Below are positions 9,647-20,915 of a DNA stretch of 64,000 nt, in pieces (positions within the stretch are counted from its first letter, which is position 1; every line of letters starts with the position of its first letter). Below the pieces are notes generated by a model. The model ran no database searches. It saw only the letters and a list, made by a program, of their open reading frames with translations, and was not told where the DNA came from. Source of the DNA: Pelagibacterales bacterium SAG-MED30 (GTDB lineage Bacteria; Pseudomonadota; Alphaproteobacteria; Pelagibacterales; Pelagibacteraceae); contig JACWEA010000003.1 of NCBI GenBank assembly GCA_014653775.1, positions 603-64,602 on the forward strand. Direction: 5' to 3'. Both the position numbers and the translations under genes were made by a program.

Positions 9647-10464
9647 TGCCAGAAGAAATTTCAAAAGAATATCTTAAAGAAAAACAATATAAGTCTACAC
9701 AATACCTAGAAGCAAGAATAAAGATTCATCAATTCACAAAAAATAAGATTGGATTTCATGAGTGGATTTTTGATCAATATGATTTAAGTGGTTTTGATGG
9801 TCAAGAAATAAAAGTCTTAGATGTTGGATGTGGAACTTCTGTTTTTTGGAAAAAAAATTTAGAAAAAACAAGAAAATATAAATTTGATATTATATTTACT
9901 GATTTTTCTGAAGCAATGGTAGAAAAAGCAAAATCTAATACAAATGATTTAATTGCAAAAAAAAAATATGAAGTAGCTGATGTTGAAAATTTAGAAAAGT
10001 TTAAGGGACAGTTTGATATAGTTTTATGCCACAATGTTCTTTATCATGCAGAAGATAAAAACAAAGCTTTAAAAAGTTTAAATGAATGTTTAAATAATAA
10101 TCCAAATTCATTTTGTAGTATTACAACTAATAGTGAAAAACATATGCTCAATGTGTATGAAATAGGAAGAAATTTAGATAAAAATTTTCCAACAGATAGA
10201 ATTATTGACTCATTTACTGAAGAAATAGCTGATGAATTGTTAAAAAATCATTTTAAATCAGAAAAAAAAGTAGAAGAAGAGGAGCTAAGAGTCACAGATT
10301 GGGAAATACTAAAAGGTTTTGTTGCATCAGGAGTTGAGCCTAGAGGAATAGAACTTGTAGGTGATTTTTATGAAAATTATAAAAAAATTTATGACCAAGA
10401 ATTTCAACAGAATGGATACTTTAGAATTATCAAAAGATCTCCTCTATATATCTGTAAAAAATAA
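9646..10464 (+). CDS. Class I SAM-dependent methyltransferase
   Basis: VLDVGCGT motif I, TDFSEAMVE, ADVENL, FDIVLCHNVLYH. Confidence 0.9.
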   Translation: MPEEISKEYLKEKQYKSTQYLEARIKIHQFTKNKIGFHEWIFDQYDLSGFDGQEIKVLDVGCGTSVFWKKNLEKTRKYKFDIIFTDFSEAMVEKAKSNTNDLIAKKKYEVADVENLEKFKGQFDIVLCHNVLYHAEDKNKALKSLNECLNNNPNSFCSITTNSEKHMLNVYEIGRNLDKNFPTDRIIDSFTEEIADELLKNHFKSEKKVEEEELRVTDWEILKGFVASGVEPRGIELVGDFYENYKKIYDQEFQQNGYFRIIKRSPLYICKK

Positions 10465-10479
10465 AGAGATAATTAGCTA

Positions 10480-11004
10480 GTGGTTATATGGATAACAGGT
10501 ATATCGGCAAGTGGTAAAAGCACTTTAGGAAAATATTTTTTTAAAAAATTCAAAAAACAAAAAAAAAATACTGTATTTTTTGATGGGGATGAATTTAGGA
10601 AAATATTTCATGATGACATTAAATACACTTTAAGAGATAGAGATGTTAATGCTATTAGACTTACTTCACTAGTAAAATATGTTTCAGATCAAAAAGTTAA
10701 TTTAATTGTATCTGCCAATATAACTTCTCAAAGATTTAGAAATTGGTGTAGAAAAAATGTAAAAAACTATTTCGAAATATTCATAGACACTCCCATGGAA
10801 ATTTTAAGAAAAAGAGATTATAAAAAATTATACAAAAAAGCATTTAGTAAAAAAATTAAGAACGTTGTCGGAGTTGATATAAAATTTATTAAACCAAAAA
10901 ATCCTGATTTGGTAATAGAAAATATTTCTACAAAACAGAAATTATATTCAAACTACAAAAAGATATTAAAAGAAATTTACATTAAAAAAATTAAGATTTA
11001 TTAA
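10480..11004 (+). CDS. Adenylyl-sulfate kinase-like P-loop kinase (atypical CysC homologue)
   Basis: GTG start, IWITGISASGKST P-loop, DGDEFR, RDYKKLY, NVVGVDIKF..P..PDL. Confidence 0.85.
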   Translation: MVIWITGISASGKSTLGKYFFKKFKKQKKNTVFFDGDEFRKIFHDDIKYTLRDRDVNAIRLTSLVKYVSDQKVNLIVSANITSQRFRNWCRKNVKNYFEIFIDTPMEILRKRDYKKLYKKAFSKKIKNVVGVDIKFIKPKNPDLVIENISTKQKLYSNYKKILKEIYIKKIKIY

Positions 11005-11016
11005 AAAAAGTTTTAA

Positions 11017-11769
11017 ATGATAATATCAAAAAAAAAAAAATTTATTTTTTTAAAAACTGCTAAAACTGCAGGAAGCTCAATAGAATTTTATTTATCTCAA
11101 TTTTGTGGAAATAAAGATACTATAACTAGTTTAAGACCCCATGAAGAAAAATTAAAAAGAAAATTTAATATTCTAAAGAAGCAAAATTATGAATATAAAA
11201 AGAAAAAATTTGCATTAAAAAACTTTAAAAAATTAAATTTTTCTAAAAAAATAGTTATAAACGAACATTCAAGTTTAAAAATTTTAGAAGACAAGATTAA
11301 GATGGCACTCAATCATTATTATACTTTCGCTTTTGTAAGAAATCCTTATCATTGGATAGTAAGTTATTTTTGGTGGTACTTATATGATGAAAAAGTTATA
11401 CATATTAAAGATTTAAATAAACTAACAAAAAAAGAAATAAATTTTCTTTTTAGACTTTTTCTAAAATCAAAATGCTTATATTTTTTTACTTGGATGAAAG
11501 ATATTATTTCTAGTAATAAATATAAAGTTCATATTTATAAATTTGAAAACCTGGAAAAAAATATTCAGCAGTTAAAAAGTATCTTATCATTAAATAATGA
11601 AAAGATAAAATTTGGTGAAGTTCGATTGAAAGAATTAAGTTTAAATTTAAAAACTAAAAATAAACTTAAATTCACTAAAGAAGATATCAAAGTAATTCGA
11701 AAAGATGCAAAATTTTTTTTCAGTGAATATAACTATAGCAAACAAGTTCCTAAAATATTTTTGAAATAA
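11017..11769 (+). CDS. Sulfotransferase family 2 domain protein
   Basis: FIFLKTAKTAGSSI (5'-PSB loop), FAFVRNPY..IVSYF (3'-PB motif), KFENLE. Confidence 0.8.
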   Translation: MIISKKKKFIFLKTAKTAGSSIEFYLSQFCGNKDTITSLRPHEEKLKRKFNILKKQNYEYKKKKFALKNFKKLNFSKKIVINEHSSLKILEDKIKMALNHYYTFAFVRNPYHWIVSYFWWYLYDEKVIHIKDLNKLTKKEINFLFRLFLKSKCLYFFTWMKDIISSNKYKVHIYKFENLEKNIQQLKSILSLNNEKIKFGEVRLKELSLNLKTKNKLKFTKEDIKVIRKDAKFFFSEYNYSKQVPKIFLK

Positions 11770-11801
11770 AGATAGCGGAGTACTAAAATATTTTTTTTAA
11801 T

Positions 11802-11831
11802 AAAAAAAAGGGCAGTAAAAACTGCCCTTTT
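11802..11831 (-). terminator. Rho-independent terminator of groESL (probably bidirectional)
   Basis: Inverted repeat AAAAGGGCAGT-aaaa-ACTGCCCTTTT with a T8 tail on the minus strand, 25 nt past the groEL stop and convergent with the sulfotransferase gene. Confidence 0.88.
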
Positions 11832-11856
11832 AGAATTTTTAAATGAGTGAGAACGA

Positions 11857-13530
<1,674 letters not shown>

Positions 13531-13540
13531 TTAAATTAAG

Positions 13541-13831
13541 TTATTTGCTTGAGATACCCATAATGTCAGATTCTTTCATTATGCTGTATTCTTTGCCATC
13601 TATTTTGACTTCAGTTCCTGACCATTTGCCAAATAAAACTTTGTCACCAACTTTAACATCCATTGGAATTTTTTTTCCATCCTCTGTTTTTGCTCCACCT
13701 CCAACTGCAACAACTTTACCCTCTTGAGGTTTTTCTTGTGCAGTATCTGGAATGATTATTCCCCCAGAAGTTTTTTCATTGCTGTCTAAAACTTCTATTA
13801 AAACTCTATCGTGTAACGGTCTAAATTTCAT
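13541..13831 (-). CDS. groES: Co-chaperonin GroES
   Basis: [26 protein letters not shown]; AGGAG RBS upstream. Confidence 0.99.
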   Translation of the reverse strand: MKFRPLHDRVLIEVLDSNEKTSGGIIIPDTAQEKPQEGKVVAVGGGAKTEDGKKIPMDVKVGDKVLFGKWSGTEVKIDGKEYSIMKESDIMGISSK

Positions 13832-13858
13832 AAAATTCTCCTTATAAGTATGGACTTC

Positions 13859-13886
13859 ATATAGATATTAGGATCACTATTTCAAG
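13859..13886 (-). promoter_or_regulatory. RpoH (sigma32)-type heat-shock promoter of groESL
   Basis: Minus strand CTTGAA-N15-TCTATAT upstream of groES. No CIRCE inverted repeat seen. Confidence 0.65.
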
Positions 13887-13952
13887 ATGGCCCCCTAAAT
13901 TCTAGCTAAAAAATATAGGAAATAAGGGTTTTAATGGTTTATAGATTGTTTT

Positions 13953-14771
13953 ATGACTAAAAATTTAGATCAAGCAGGACTGAGCTCTATAGCAGAAAAT
14001 TATAGCTTATTTTATATTGATTTATGGGGGGTAGTTCATAATGGAATTTCATTAAATGATGAAGCCATCAGAGTACTTGATGAATTATCAAAAATTAAGA
14101 AAGATTATGTTTTGTTAACGAATGCACCAAGACCAAGCGAACCAGTAAAAATTTTTTTGAAAAAAATGGGTTTAAAGAAAGAGATAAGCGATCATGTCTT
14201 TACATCAGGAGAAGCTGCATTAAGCTATTTGAGAAATAATTTTTTAAATCAGAAATTTTATCACATAGGACCTCCAAGAGATTTTGACTTATTTAATGAT
14301 TTTAAAGATATGAAATCTGAAAATTTAGAAAAAATTGAATATATATTGTGTACGGGTTTATTTGATGAACATGATAAAGATTTAAAATTTTATAAAAAAT
14401 TGTTGGAAGAAAAAGTAGATAAAAAAATGATTTGCACAAATCCTGATTTAATAGTTGACAAGGGAAGTAAAAGAGAATTGTGTGCAGGCTCTGTAGCTAT
14501 GGTTTTTGAAAAACTTGGTGGAAAGGTTGTCTATTTTGGAAAGCCTTATCCTGAAGTTTATAATCAATCAATTAATAATAAAAATAAGAAAATTCTTTGT
14601 ATAGGGGATAACTTAAATACCGACATTAAAGGAGCTAATCTTTTAAATTATGATTCATTGTTAGTAAGTAACGGTATTCATAAAAACGAAATAGAAAAAG
14701 AAGGTCTGGATCAAGTTTCGAAAAATTATGAAGCAATTTGTAATTATACACAATCAGAGCTAAAATGGTAA
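13953..14771 (+). CDS. HAD-superfamily subfamily IIA hydrolase (TIGR01459-like)
   Basis: IDLWGVVHNG, LTNAPRP, CTNPD, GKPYP, IGDNLNTDIKGA. Confidence 0.9.
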   Translation: MTKNLDQAGLSSIAENYSLFYIDLWGVVHNGISLNDEAIRVLDELSKIKKDYVLLTNAPRPSEPVKIFLKKMGLKKEISDHVFTSGEAALSYLRNNFLNQKFYHIGPPRDFDLFNDFKDMKSENLEKIEYILCTGLFDEHDKDLKFYKKLLEEKVDKKMICTNPDLIVDKGSKRELCAGSVAMVFEKLGGKVVYFGKPYPEVYNQSINNKNKKILCIGDNLNTDIKGANLLNYDSLLVSNGIHKNEIEKEGLDQVSKNYEAICNYTQSELKW

Positions 14772-15694
14772 AATCAAATTTTGTATATAAAAATTTCAAT
14801 ATTAAACAAAGACATAAAAATTCAATTATCTTAATTGGTAATTTTGATGGTGTTCATATAGGTCATAGAAAACTATTTGAACTTGCAAAAAAATATAAAA
14901 AAAAATTTAAATTGAAAATTGGTGTTTTAACTTTTGAACCAATGCCAAAAATGTTTTTTAATAAAAAAATTAAAAATTTCAGAATTTCAAATCTTGATCA
15001 AAAATACCAGCTTTTAAAAAAATTAAGTGTTGATTTTATAATTAATAAAAAATTTGATAAACGTTTTTCTAAAATAAAATCTCTAGATTTTATTAAAAAT
15101 GTTATTCATAAAAAACTTAAAGCAAAATTTGTTTTTGTAAGTAATAATTTTAAATATGGAAATAAAAGAGAAGGTAATGTTTCTCAACTTATTAATTTTG
15201 AAAAAAAATATGATTATAAAATAATAAAATCAGAACCAAAAAAGATAAAAAAGAAAGTTATATCATCTTCTTTAATTAGAAATTTTTTGCGTAAAGGAAA
15301 TTTAGAAAAAGCAAATAAGTATTTAAAAAGAAATTGGAGTATTATTGGAAAAGTAGAAAAAGGAAGAAAGCTAGGTAAGAAAATTGGATTTCCAACATGC
15401 AACTTAGATATTAAAGAATATGTTCTAGCAACACCTGGAGTCTACGCAGTTAAGGCTGCTAGACAAAATAGCAATACTTGGATCAAAGGTATAGCAAATT
15501 TGGGTTATAGACCCACTTTTAATCAAAAGAAATTACTTTTAGAAGTTCACTTATTTAATTTTTCTGGAAATCTTTATAATAAGTATTTAACAGTAGAGTT
15601 TTTAAAATTTATAAGAAAAGAAAAAAAATTTAAAAACGTCGAACAATTAAAAAAACAAATTAAAAGTGATTTATTAATTGCGAAGAAAGCATAA
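14765..15694 (+). CDS. ribF: Bifunctional riboflavin kinase/FAD synthetase
   Basis: IGNFDGVHIGH, ISSSLIR, GFPTCN, LEVHLFNF. Confidence 0.96.
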   Translation: MVKSNFVYKNFNIKQRHKNSIILIGNFDGVHIGHRKLFELAKKYKKKFKLKIGVLTFEPMPKMFFNKKIKNFRISNLDQKYQLLKKLSVDFIINKKFDKRFSKIKSLDFIKNVIHKKLKAKFVFVSNNFKYGNKREGNVSQLINFEKKYDYKIIKSEPKKIKKKVISSSLIRNFLRKGNLEKANKYLKRNWSIIGKVEKGRKLGKKIGFPTCNLDIKEYVLATPGVYAVKAARQNSNTWIKGIANLGYRPTFNQKKLLLEVHLFNFSGNLYNKYLTVEFLKFIRKEKKFKNVEQLKKQIKSDLLIAKKA

Positions 15695-18414
15695 TGAGCA
15701 AATCTCAAATAAACTTACCTAAAACAGCTTTTTCTATGAAAGCCAATCTACCAACTAAAGAACCCGAAATATTAATGTGCTGGGATAAAATTAGTTTATA
15801 TAAAGAATTAAGAAGTTCAAGAAAAGGACAAGAAAAATTTGTTCTTCATGATGGTCCTCCATATGCAAATGGCAATATACATATGGGAACAGCACTTAAT
15901 AAAATTTTAAAAGATATTATTGTAAAATTTCATCAAATGGATGGTAAAGACTCTGTGTATGTCCCAGGGTGGGATTGTCATGGATTACCAATAGAATGGA
16001 AAATTGAAGAACAATATAAAAAAAATAAAAAAAATAAAAACGAAGTACCAATTGTTGAATTTAGAAAAGAATGCAGAGCTTTTGCTGAGAAATGGATAGA
16101 TGTTCATAAGGATCAATTTAAAAGATTAGGAGTAGTAGGGGATTGGGAAAATTATTATTCTACAATGAGTTACGATGCTGAGGCTCAAATTGTAAGAGAA
16201 TTAGGAAAGTTTTTAAAAGAGGGAAGTTTATATAGGGGCTTTAAGCCTGTTTTATGGTCTACTGTTGAAAAAACTGCATTAGCAGATGCAGAAGTAGAAT
16301 ATCAAGATCACAAGTCGGATACTATTTATGCATGTTTTCCAGTTAAATCATCAAACATCAAGGAACTAAATGAAAGTGATATCTTAATTTGGACAACAAC
16401 ACCTTGGACTATTCCAGCTAATAGAGCTTTAGCTTATAATGAGAGTTTAGATTATATAGTTATCGAAATTAAAGATGAGGGAAATTTTAAAGATAAAAGA
16501 ATAATTTTAGCAGAAGCATTGTTAGAGTCTGTATTAAAAGATTGTGAAATTAAAGATTTTAAAAATTTAAAAAAATTTAAAGGTAAAGAACTAAAAGGAA
16601 CTATATGCAAACATCCTTTTTTTGAATTAGGCTATGATTACGAAATTCCTATGTTGGAGGCTCGATTTGTTACAACTGAACAAGGTACAGGTATAGTTCA
16701 TTGTGCTCCAAGTCATGGTCCAGATGATTTTAATCTTTGTTTAAATAATGGTATAAAAGCTATTGAGACAGTAGATGGAGATGGAAAGTATACAAATAAT
16801 GTAGCTTTATTTGAAGGAACTCATATTTTTAAATCTAATCCAATTGTTATAGAAAAACTTAAAGAACAAAAAAAACTTTTATCAAACGGTGAATTGATAC
16901 ATTCTTATCCACATTCATGGAGATCAAAGGCACCGTTAGTTCATAGAGCAACACCACAATGGTTTATTTCTATGGATAGTCATAAACTTAGAACTAAAGC
17001 TTTAAAAGCAATTAATGAAACCACCTTTTATCCTAGCAAAGGTAAAGAAAGATTAAAATCAATGATTGAAACACGACCTGACTGGTGTGTTTCAAGACAA
17101 AGAGTTTGGGGGGTTCCATTGCCTATTTTTATAAATAAAAAAACTAAAGAAATTTTAGTTGATGATAATATTTTTGAAAATATCGCTAAAATTTATGAAA
17201 AGGAAGGTTCAGACTGTTGGTTTTCGGATGATCCTCAAAAGTTTCTAGGAAATAAATATAAAGCAGAAGATTATGAAAAACTCAGTGATATTGTTGAGGT
17301 GTGGTTTGATAGTGGATCAACTCACTCTTTTGTATTGGAAAAAAGAAAAGATTTAAAATGGCCTGCTTCAATGTATTTAGAAGGTTCTGATCAACACAGA
17401 GGTTGGTTTCATTCTTCCTTATTAGAGTCTTGTGGGACAAGAGATAGAGCACCCTTTGAAACCATACTTTCCCATGGTTTTGTTGTTGATGGAAAAGGTT
17501 TAAAAATGTCAAAATCATTAGGCAATGTAATCGCGCCTGAGGATATCTTGAAAAAATATGGTGCTGACATACTTAGAATTTGGGTTGCCTCATCCAATTA
17601 TGCTGAGGACTTACGAATTGATTATTCTATATTAGATCAACATGCTGAATCTTATAGAAAAATAAGAAATACATTTAGATATTTACTTGGAAATTTAAAT
17701 GATTCTTTCGAAAGCAAGGATTTATCCAAATTAGAGATTAAAAAATTACCAGAGCTTGAGCAATTTATGCTGCATAAAATTTATACCCTTAATCTAAACT
17801 TTGATAAGTATTTTAAGAATTATGATTTTCATAATCTTTATAAAGAATTATTAAATTTTTGCACGGTAGATCTGTCGGCTTTTTATTTTGATATTAGAAA
17901 AGACACTTTATATTGTGACTCCAAAGAGTCTGAAAAAAGAAAATCAACACTAATTTTGTTAAATATTATTCTGGACTCATTATTAAAATGGTTTGCACCA
18001 ATTTTATCTTTTACTACTGAGGAAATCTATCAGCTTGTTTCAAAAAATAAAAAAAGTATTCATTTAGAAAGATTTTTAAGTTTCCCAAAAAAGTTTGAAA
18101 ATCCAGAATTAAACTTAAAATGGGAGAGATTACTTAAAATAAGAGATGTGTGTAATTTAAGTATTGAACAAAAAAGGGCCAATAAGGAAATTGGGTCTAG
18201 CTTAGAAGCTGCTTTAATAATTAAATTAAATAAAGAAAATCAAAATATTTTAAAGGGTATTGATTTATCTGAGCTTTGTATAACTTCATCAGCAAAAATA
18301 GAAAATAGTAATTTAGATGAAGTCGTTGTTGAGACTAGTAAAGCGAAAGGGGACAAATGTTCAATATGTTGGAAAATAAGAACTTCACCATGTGAAAGAC
18401 CTAATTGCAAATAG
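15694..18414 (+). CDS. ileS: Isoleucine--tRNA ligase
   Basis: GPPYANGNIHMGT (HIGH-like), WTTTPWT, EGSDQHRGWF, KMSKS, C-terminal Zn finger. Confidence 0.98.
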   Translation: MSKSQINLPKTAFSMKANLPTKEPEILMCWDKISLYKELRSSRKGQEKFVLHDGPPYANGNIHMGTALNKILKDIIVKFHQMDGKDSVYVPGWDCHGLPIEWKIEEQYKKNKKNKNEVPIVEFRKECRAFAEKWIDVHKDQFKRLGVVGDWENYYSTMSYDAEAQIVRELGKFLKEGSLYRGFKPVLWSTVEKTALADAEVEYQDHKSDTIYACFPVKSSNIKELNESDILIWTTTPWTIPANRALAYNESLDYIVIEIKDEGNFKDKRIILAEALLESVLKDCEIKDFKNLKKFKGKELKGTICKHPFFELGYDYEIPMLEARFVTTEQGTGIVHCAPSHGPDDFNLCLNNGIKAIETVDGDGKYTNNVALFEGTHIFKSNPIVIEKLKEQKKLLSNGELIHSYPHSWRSKAPLVHRATPQWFISMDSHKLRTKALKAINETTFYPSKGKERLKSMIETRPDWCVSRQRVWGVPLPIFINKKTKEILVDDNIFENIAKIYEKEGSDCWFSDDPQKFLGNKYKAEDYEKLSDIVEVWFDSGSTHSFVLEKRKDLKWPASMYLEGSDQHRGWFHSSLLESCGTRDRAPFETILSHGFVVDGKGLKMSKSLGNVIAPEDILKKYGADILRIWVASSNYAEDLRIDYSILDQHAESYRKIRNTFRYLLGNLNDSFESKDLSKLEIKKLPELEQFMLHKIYTLNLNFDKYFKNYDFHNLYKELLNFCTVDLSAFYFDIRKDTLYCDSKESEKRKSTLILLNIILDSLLKWFAPILSFTTEEIYQLVSKNKKSIHLERFLSFPKKFENPELNLKWERLLKIRDVCNLSIEQKRANKEIGSSLEAALIIKLNKENQNILKGIDLSELCITSSAKIENSNLDEVVVETSKAKGDKCSICWKIRTSPCERPNCK

Positions 18415-18415
18415 G

Positions 18416-18889
18416 ATGTCAAAAAAAAAAATAATAGACTTAATATTTGTTATCTTTATTTTCTCTATCGATAGATTGAGTAAATTACTTGTAATTAAAT
18501 CAGCAGAAGCAAATGGTGAAGTAAATTTTAGTGTTACATCCTTTTTAAATTTTAATTTAATTTGGAATGAGGGAATTGCTTTTGGATTACTTTCTTTTGA
18601 TGATAAATTTTACTATAATTTAATTACACTTCTAATAGCTGTAATAACCTCAATAATTATTTGGCTTGCAAATAAATCAAAAGGAGTTGAAAAATTAGGC
18701 TTTTTAATGATTGTCGGAGGTTCATTGGGCAATTTATTTGATAGAATTTACTATTCCTCTGTTCCTGACTTCATAGATATAAGTATAAATAATTTTCATT
18801 GGTTTATATTTAATGTAGCTGATATATTTATAACTATTGGAGTAATTTTATTAATTATATTGGAATTTTTTAAAAAAGAGAAATTATGA
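18416..18889 (+). CDS. lspA: Lipoprotein signal peptidase II
   Basis: WNEGIAFG, GNLFDRI, DFI, FNVAD. Start moved to the ATG at 18416, just after the ileS stop. Confidence 0.95.
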   Translation: MSKKKIIDLIFVIFIFSIDRLSKLLVIKSAEANGEVNFSVTSFLNFNLIWNEGIAFGLLSFDDKFYYNLITLLIAVITSIIIWLANKSKGVEKLGFLMIVGGSLGNLFDRIYYSSVPDFIDISINNFHWFIFNVADIFITIGVILLIILEFFKKEKL

Positions 18890-19197
18890 AAAAAATTATA
18901 GTCATATTTATTACATTATTTTTTTTAGCAGCATGTCAATCAACGAAAGATGCTTTTACTCTGAAAAAAAAATCAAGCACAGATGAGTTTTTAGTAGAAA
19001 AAAAAAATCCTTTAGTTTTGCCCCCTGGTTATGGCAAACTTCCTATGCCTCAAGATGGTCAAATAATTGATGATGAAGTAGAGGATGGTGATTTAAATGT
19101 TTTTGTAAATAATGAAGAAAATAACTCGTCTTCCACATTCGAAAAAAATTCTAAACCTTCATCAATAGAAGAATCAATTCTTCAAAAAATTGAATAA
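18886..19197 (+). CDS. DUF3035-family lipoprotein
   Basis: Lipobox LAAC, DEFLV..KNPLVLPPGY..LPMP. Confidence 0.8.
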   Translation: MKKIIVIFITLFFLAACQSTKDAFTLKKKSSTDEFLVEKKNPLVLPPGYGKLPMPQDGQIIDDEVEDGDLNVFVNNEENNSSSTFEKNSKPSSIEESILQKIE

Positions 19198-19199
19198 AA

Positions 19200-20378
19200 T
19201 TGATGTTTGGAAAAAGTATAAAATTTAATAATTTTAATTTAAAAATAAAATTTAATAAAAAAAAAAAAATTCTTAATATTTATGAAAATTTAATTAAAGA
19301 AAAAAATGAAGTAATACTATCTTTAGATAAAAGCTACAAAGATACATTTTCGAAAAAAATAGTTAAGAAATTTAAAAAAATAAATCAAGTTTTAGTTATA
19401 GGGATGGGAGGATCTATTCTAGGATCAAAAGCAATATATAAATTTTTAAAACCAAAAAATAAAAAATTTATATTTGTTGATAATATTTCAAATACTCCAT
19501 TACACAATGATAATAAAAAAAAAATAACACTTATTATTTCAAAATCAGGAAGCACATTAGAAACAATTTCAAATTCAAACATTTTAATTAACAAAAAAAA
19601 TACAAATATTTTTATAACCGAGAATAAAAAAAATTATCTAACGAAATTAGCTCAAAAATTAAAAGCAGAAATTATACAACATAATAATTTTATTGGAGGT
19701 AGGTATTCTGTACTTTCAGAAGTTGGAATGTTACCAGCTCAATTAATGGGATTTAAACCAGAAAAATTTAGAAGATTGAACAAATTAATTAATAAAAAAT
19801 ATTTTATTAATTCTTTAATACAAAATGTTACGAGTATTTTTGATTTGGTTAATAAAAAAAAAACTAACTCAATAATTTTGAATTATGATGATAAATCAAA
19901 TGATTTATTTAGTTGGTACCAGCAATTAGTTGCAGAAAGCTTAGGTAAAAAAGGTAAAGGGATATTACCATTAATATCATCAATGCCTAAAGACAATCAT
20001 AGCTTGTTGCAATATTATTTAGATGGAAATAAAAATCATTTTTTTACATTTTTTTTTGCTAAAGAAAAAAATACGAAAAAGATAAAGAATAGAAGCTTAC
20101 TTGATACACATTTATACCTTAAAAACAGAGGTCTTAATGAGGTTTCATACTCTCAATTTCTTGCCACAGAAAAAGTTTTTAAACAAAAGAAAATACCTTA
20201 CAGAAGTTTTATTATTAATAATAGAGATGAAAAGACTTTAGGAGAATTGTTTGCTTTTTTTATATTTGAAACAATCCTTCTAGGAAGAGCGATGAAAATA
20301 AATCCTTTTGATCAGCCAGCGGTAGAATTGATAAAGGAACAGACTAAAAAAATTTTAATTTCCAAAAAGTATTCTTGA
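19200..20378 (+). CDS. pgi: Glucose-6-phosphate isomerase (short form)
   Basis: IGMGGSILG, SKSGSTLET, GGRYSVLS, QLVAESLGK, NPFDQPAVE. Confidence 0.9.
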   Translation: MMFGKSIKFNNFNLKIKFNKKKKILNIYENLIKEKNEVILSLDKSYKDTFSKKIVKKFKKINQVLVIGMGGSILGSKAIYKFLKPKNKKFIFVDNISNTPLHNDNKKKITLIISKSGSTLETISNSNILINKKNTNIFITENKKNYLTKLAQKLKAEIIQHNNFIGGRYSVLSEVGMLPAQLMGFKPEKFRRLNKLINKKYFINSLIQNVTSIFDLVNKKKTNSIILNYDDKSNDLFSWYQQLVAESLGKKGKGILPLISSMPKDNHSLLQYYLDGNKNHFFTFFFAKEKNTKKIKNRSLLDTHLYLKNRGLNEVSYSQFLATEKVFKQKKIPYRSFIINNRDEKTLGELFAFFIFETILLGRAMKINPFDQPAVELIKEQTKKILISKKYS

Positions 20379-20915
20379 TATTCCATAAGTTCTATCTTCA
20401 ATAATTCTTAGTTTTTCAGTAATATTAATATTGTCTTTCTTATGTCTATGAATTATCAGAATACCGTTTTGATTAAGTAGTTTTTTTTCTAAGATTTTTT
20501 CAATTATTTGATTTATTTTTTTTTCTTTATAAGGTGGATCAATAAAAATTAGATCAAAATTAAAGTTAAAATTCTTTTCTGAAGAAAAAAAATTAAAAAA
20601 ATTTTGTTTATAAATTTTAAAATTATTTGTATTTTTTAGAGAATTTAAATTTTTTTCTAAAACTTTTACTGCTTCATCATAATTTTCAAAAAAAAATACC
20701 TTTTGGGAGCCCCTTGATAAACATTCTATACCAAATGAACCTGTACCTGAAAATAAATCTAAAACTAATGAATTTTCAATATTTATATTAATTTTTTTTG
20801 AATGCTTGATTAAATTAAAAATAGATTCTTTTACTATATCTTTAAGTGGTCTTGTATTTTTATCTTTAGGTAAAAATAGTTTTTTGCCTTTAAAATTTCC
20901 ACTAATTATCCTCAT
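20355..20915 (-). CDS. rsmD: 16S rRNA m2G966 methyltransferase
   Basis: MRIISGNFKG, LDLFSGTGSFGIECLSRG, DPPY. Confidence 0.93.
   Translation of the reverse strand: MRIISGNFKGKKLFLPKDKNTRPLKDIVKESIFNLIKHSKKININIENSLVLDLFSGTGSFGIECLSRGSQKVFFFENYDEAVKVLEKNLNSLKNTNNFKIYKQNFFNFFSSEKNFNFNFDLIFIDPPYKEKKINQIIEKILEKKLLNQNGILIIHRHKKDNINITEKLRIIEDRTYGISRILFGN

Noticed and set aside
13832-13952. Searched for a CIRCE element upstream of groES
   Set aside because: No TTAGCACTC-N9-GAGTGCTAA present; only an RpoH-like promoter is supported.
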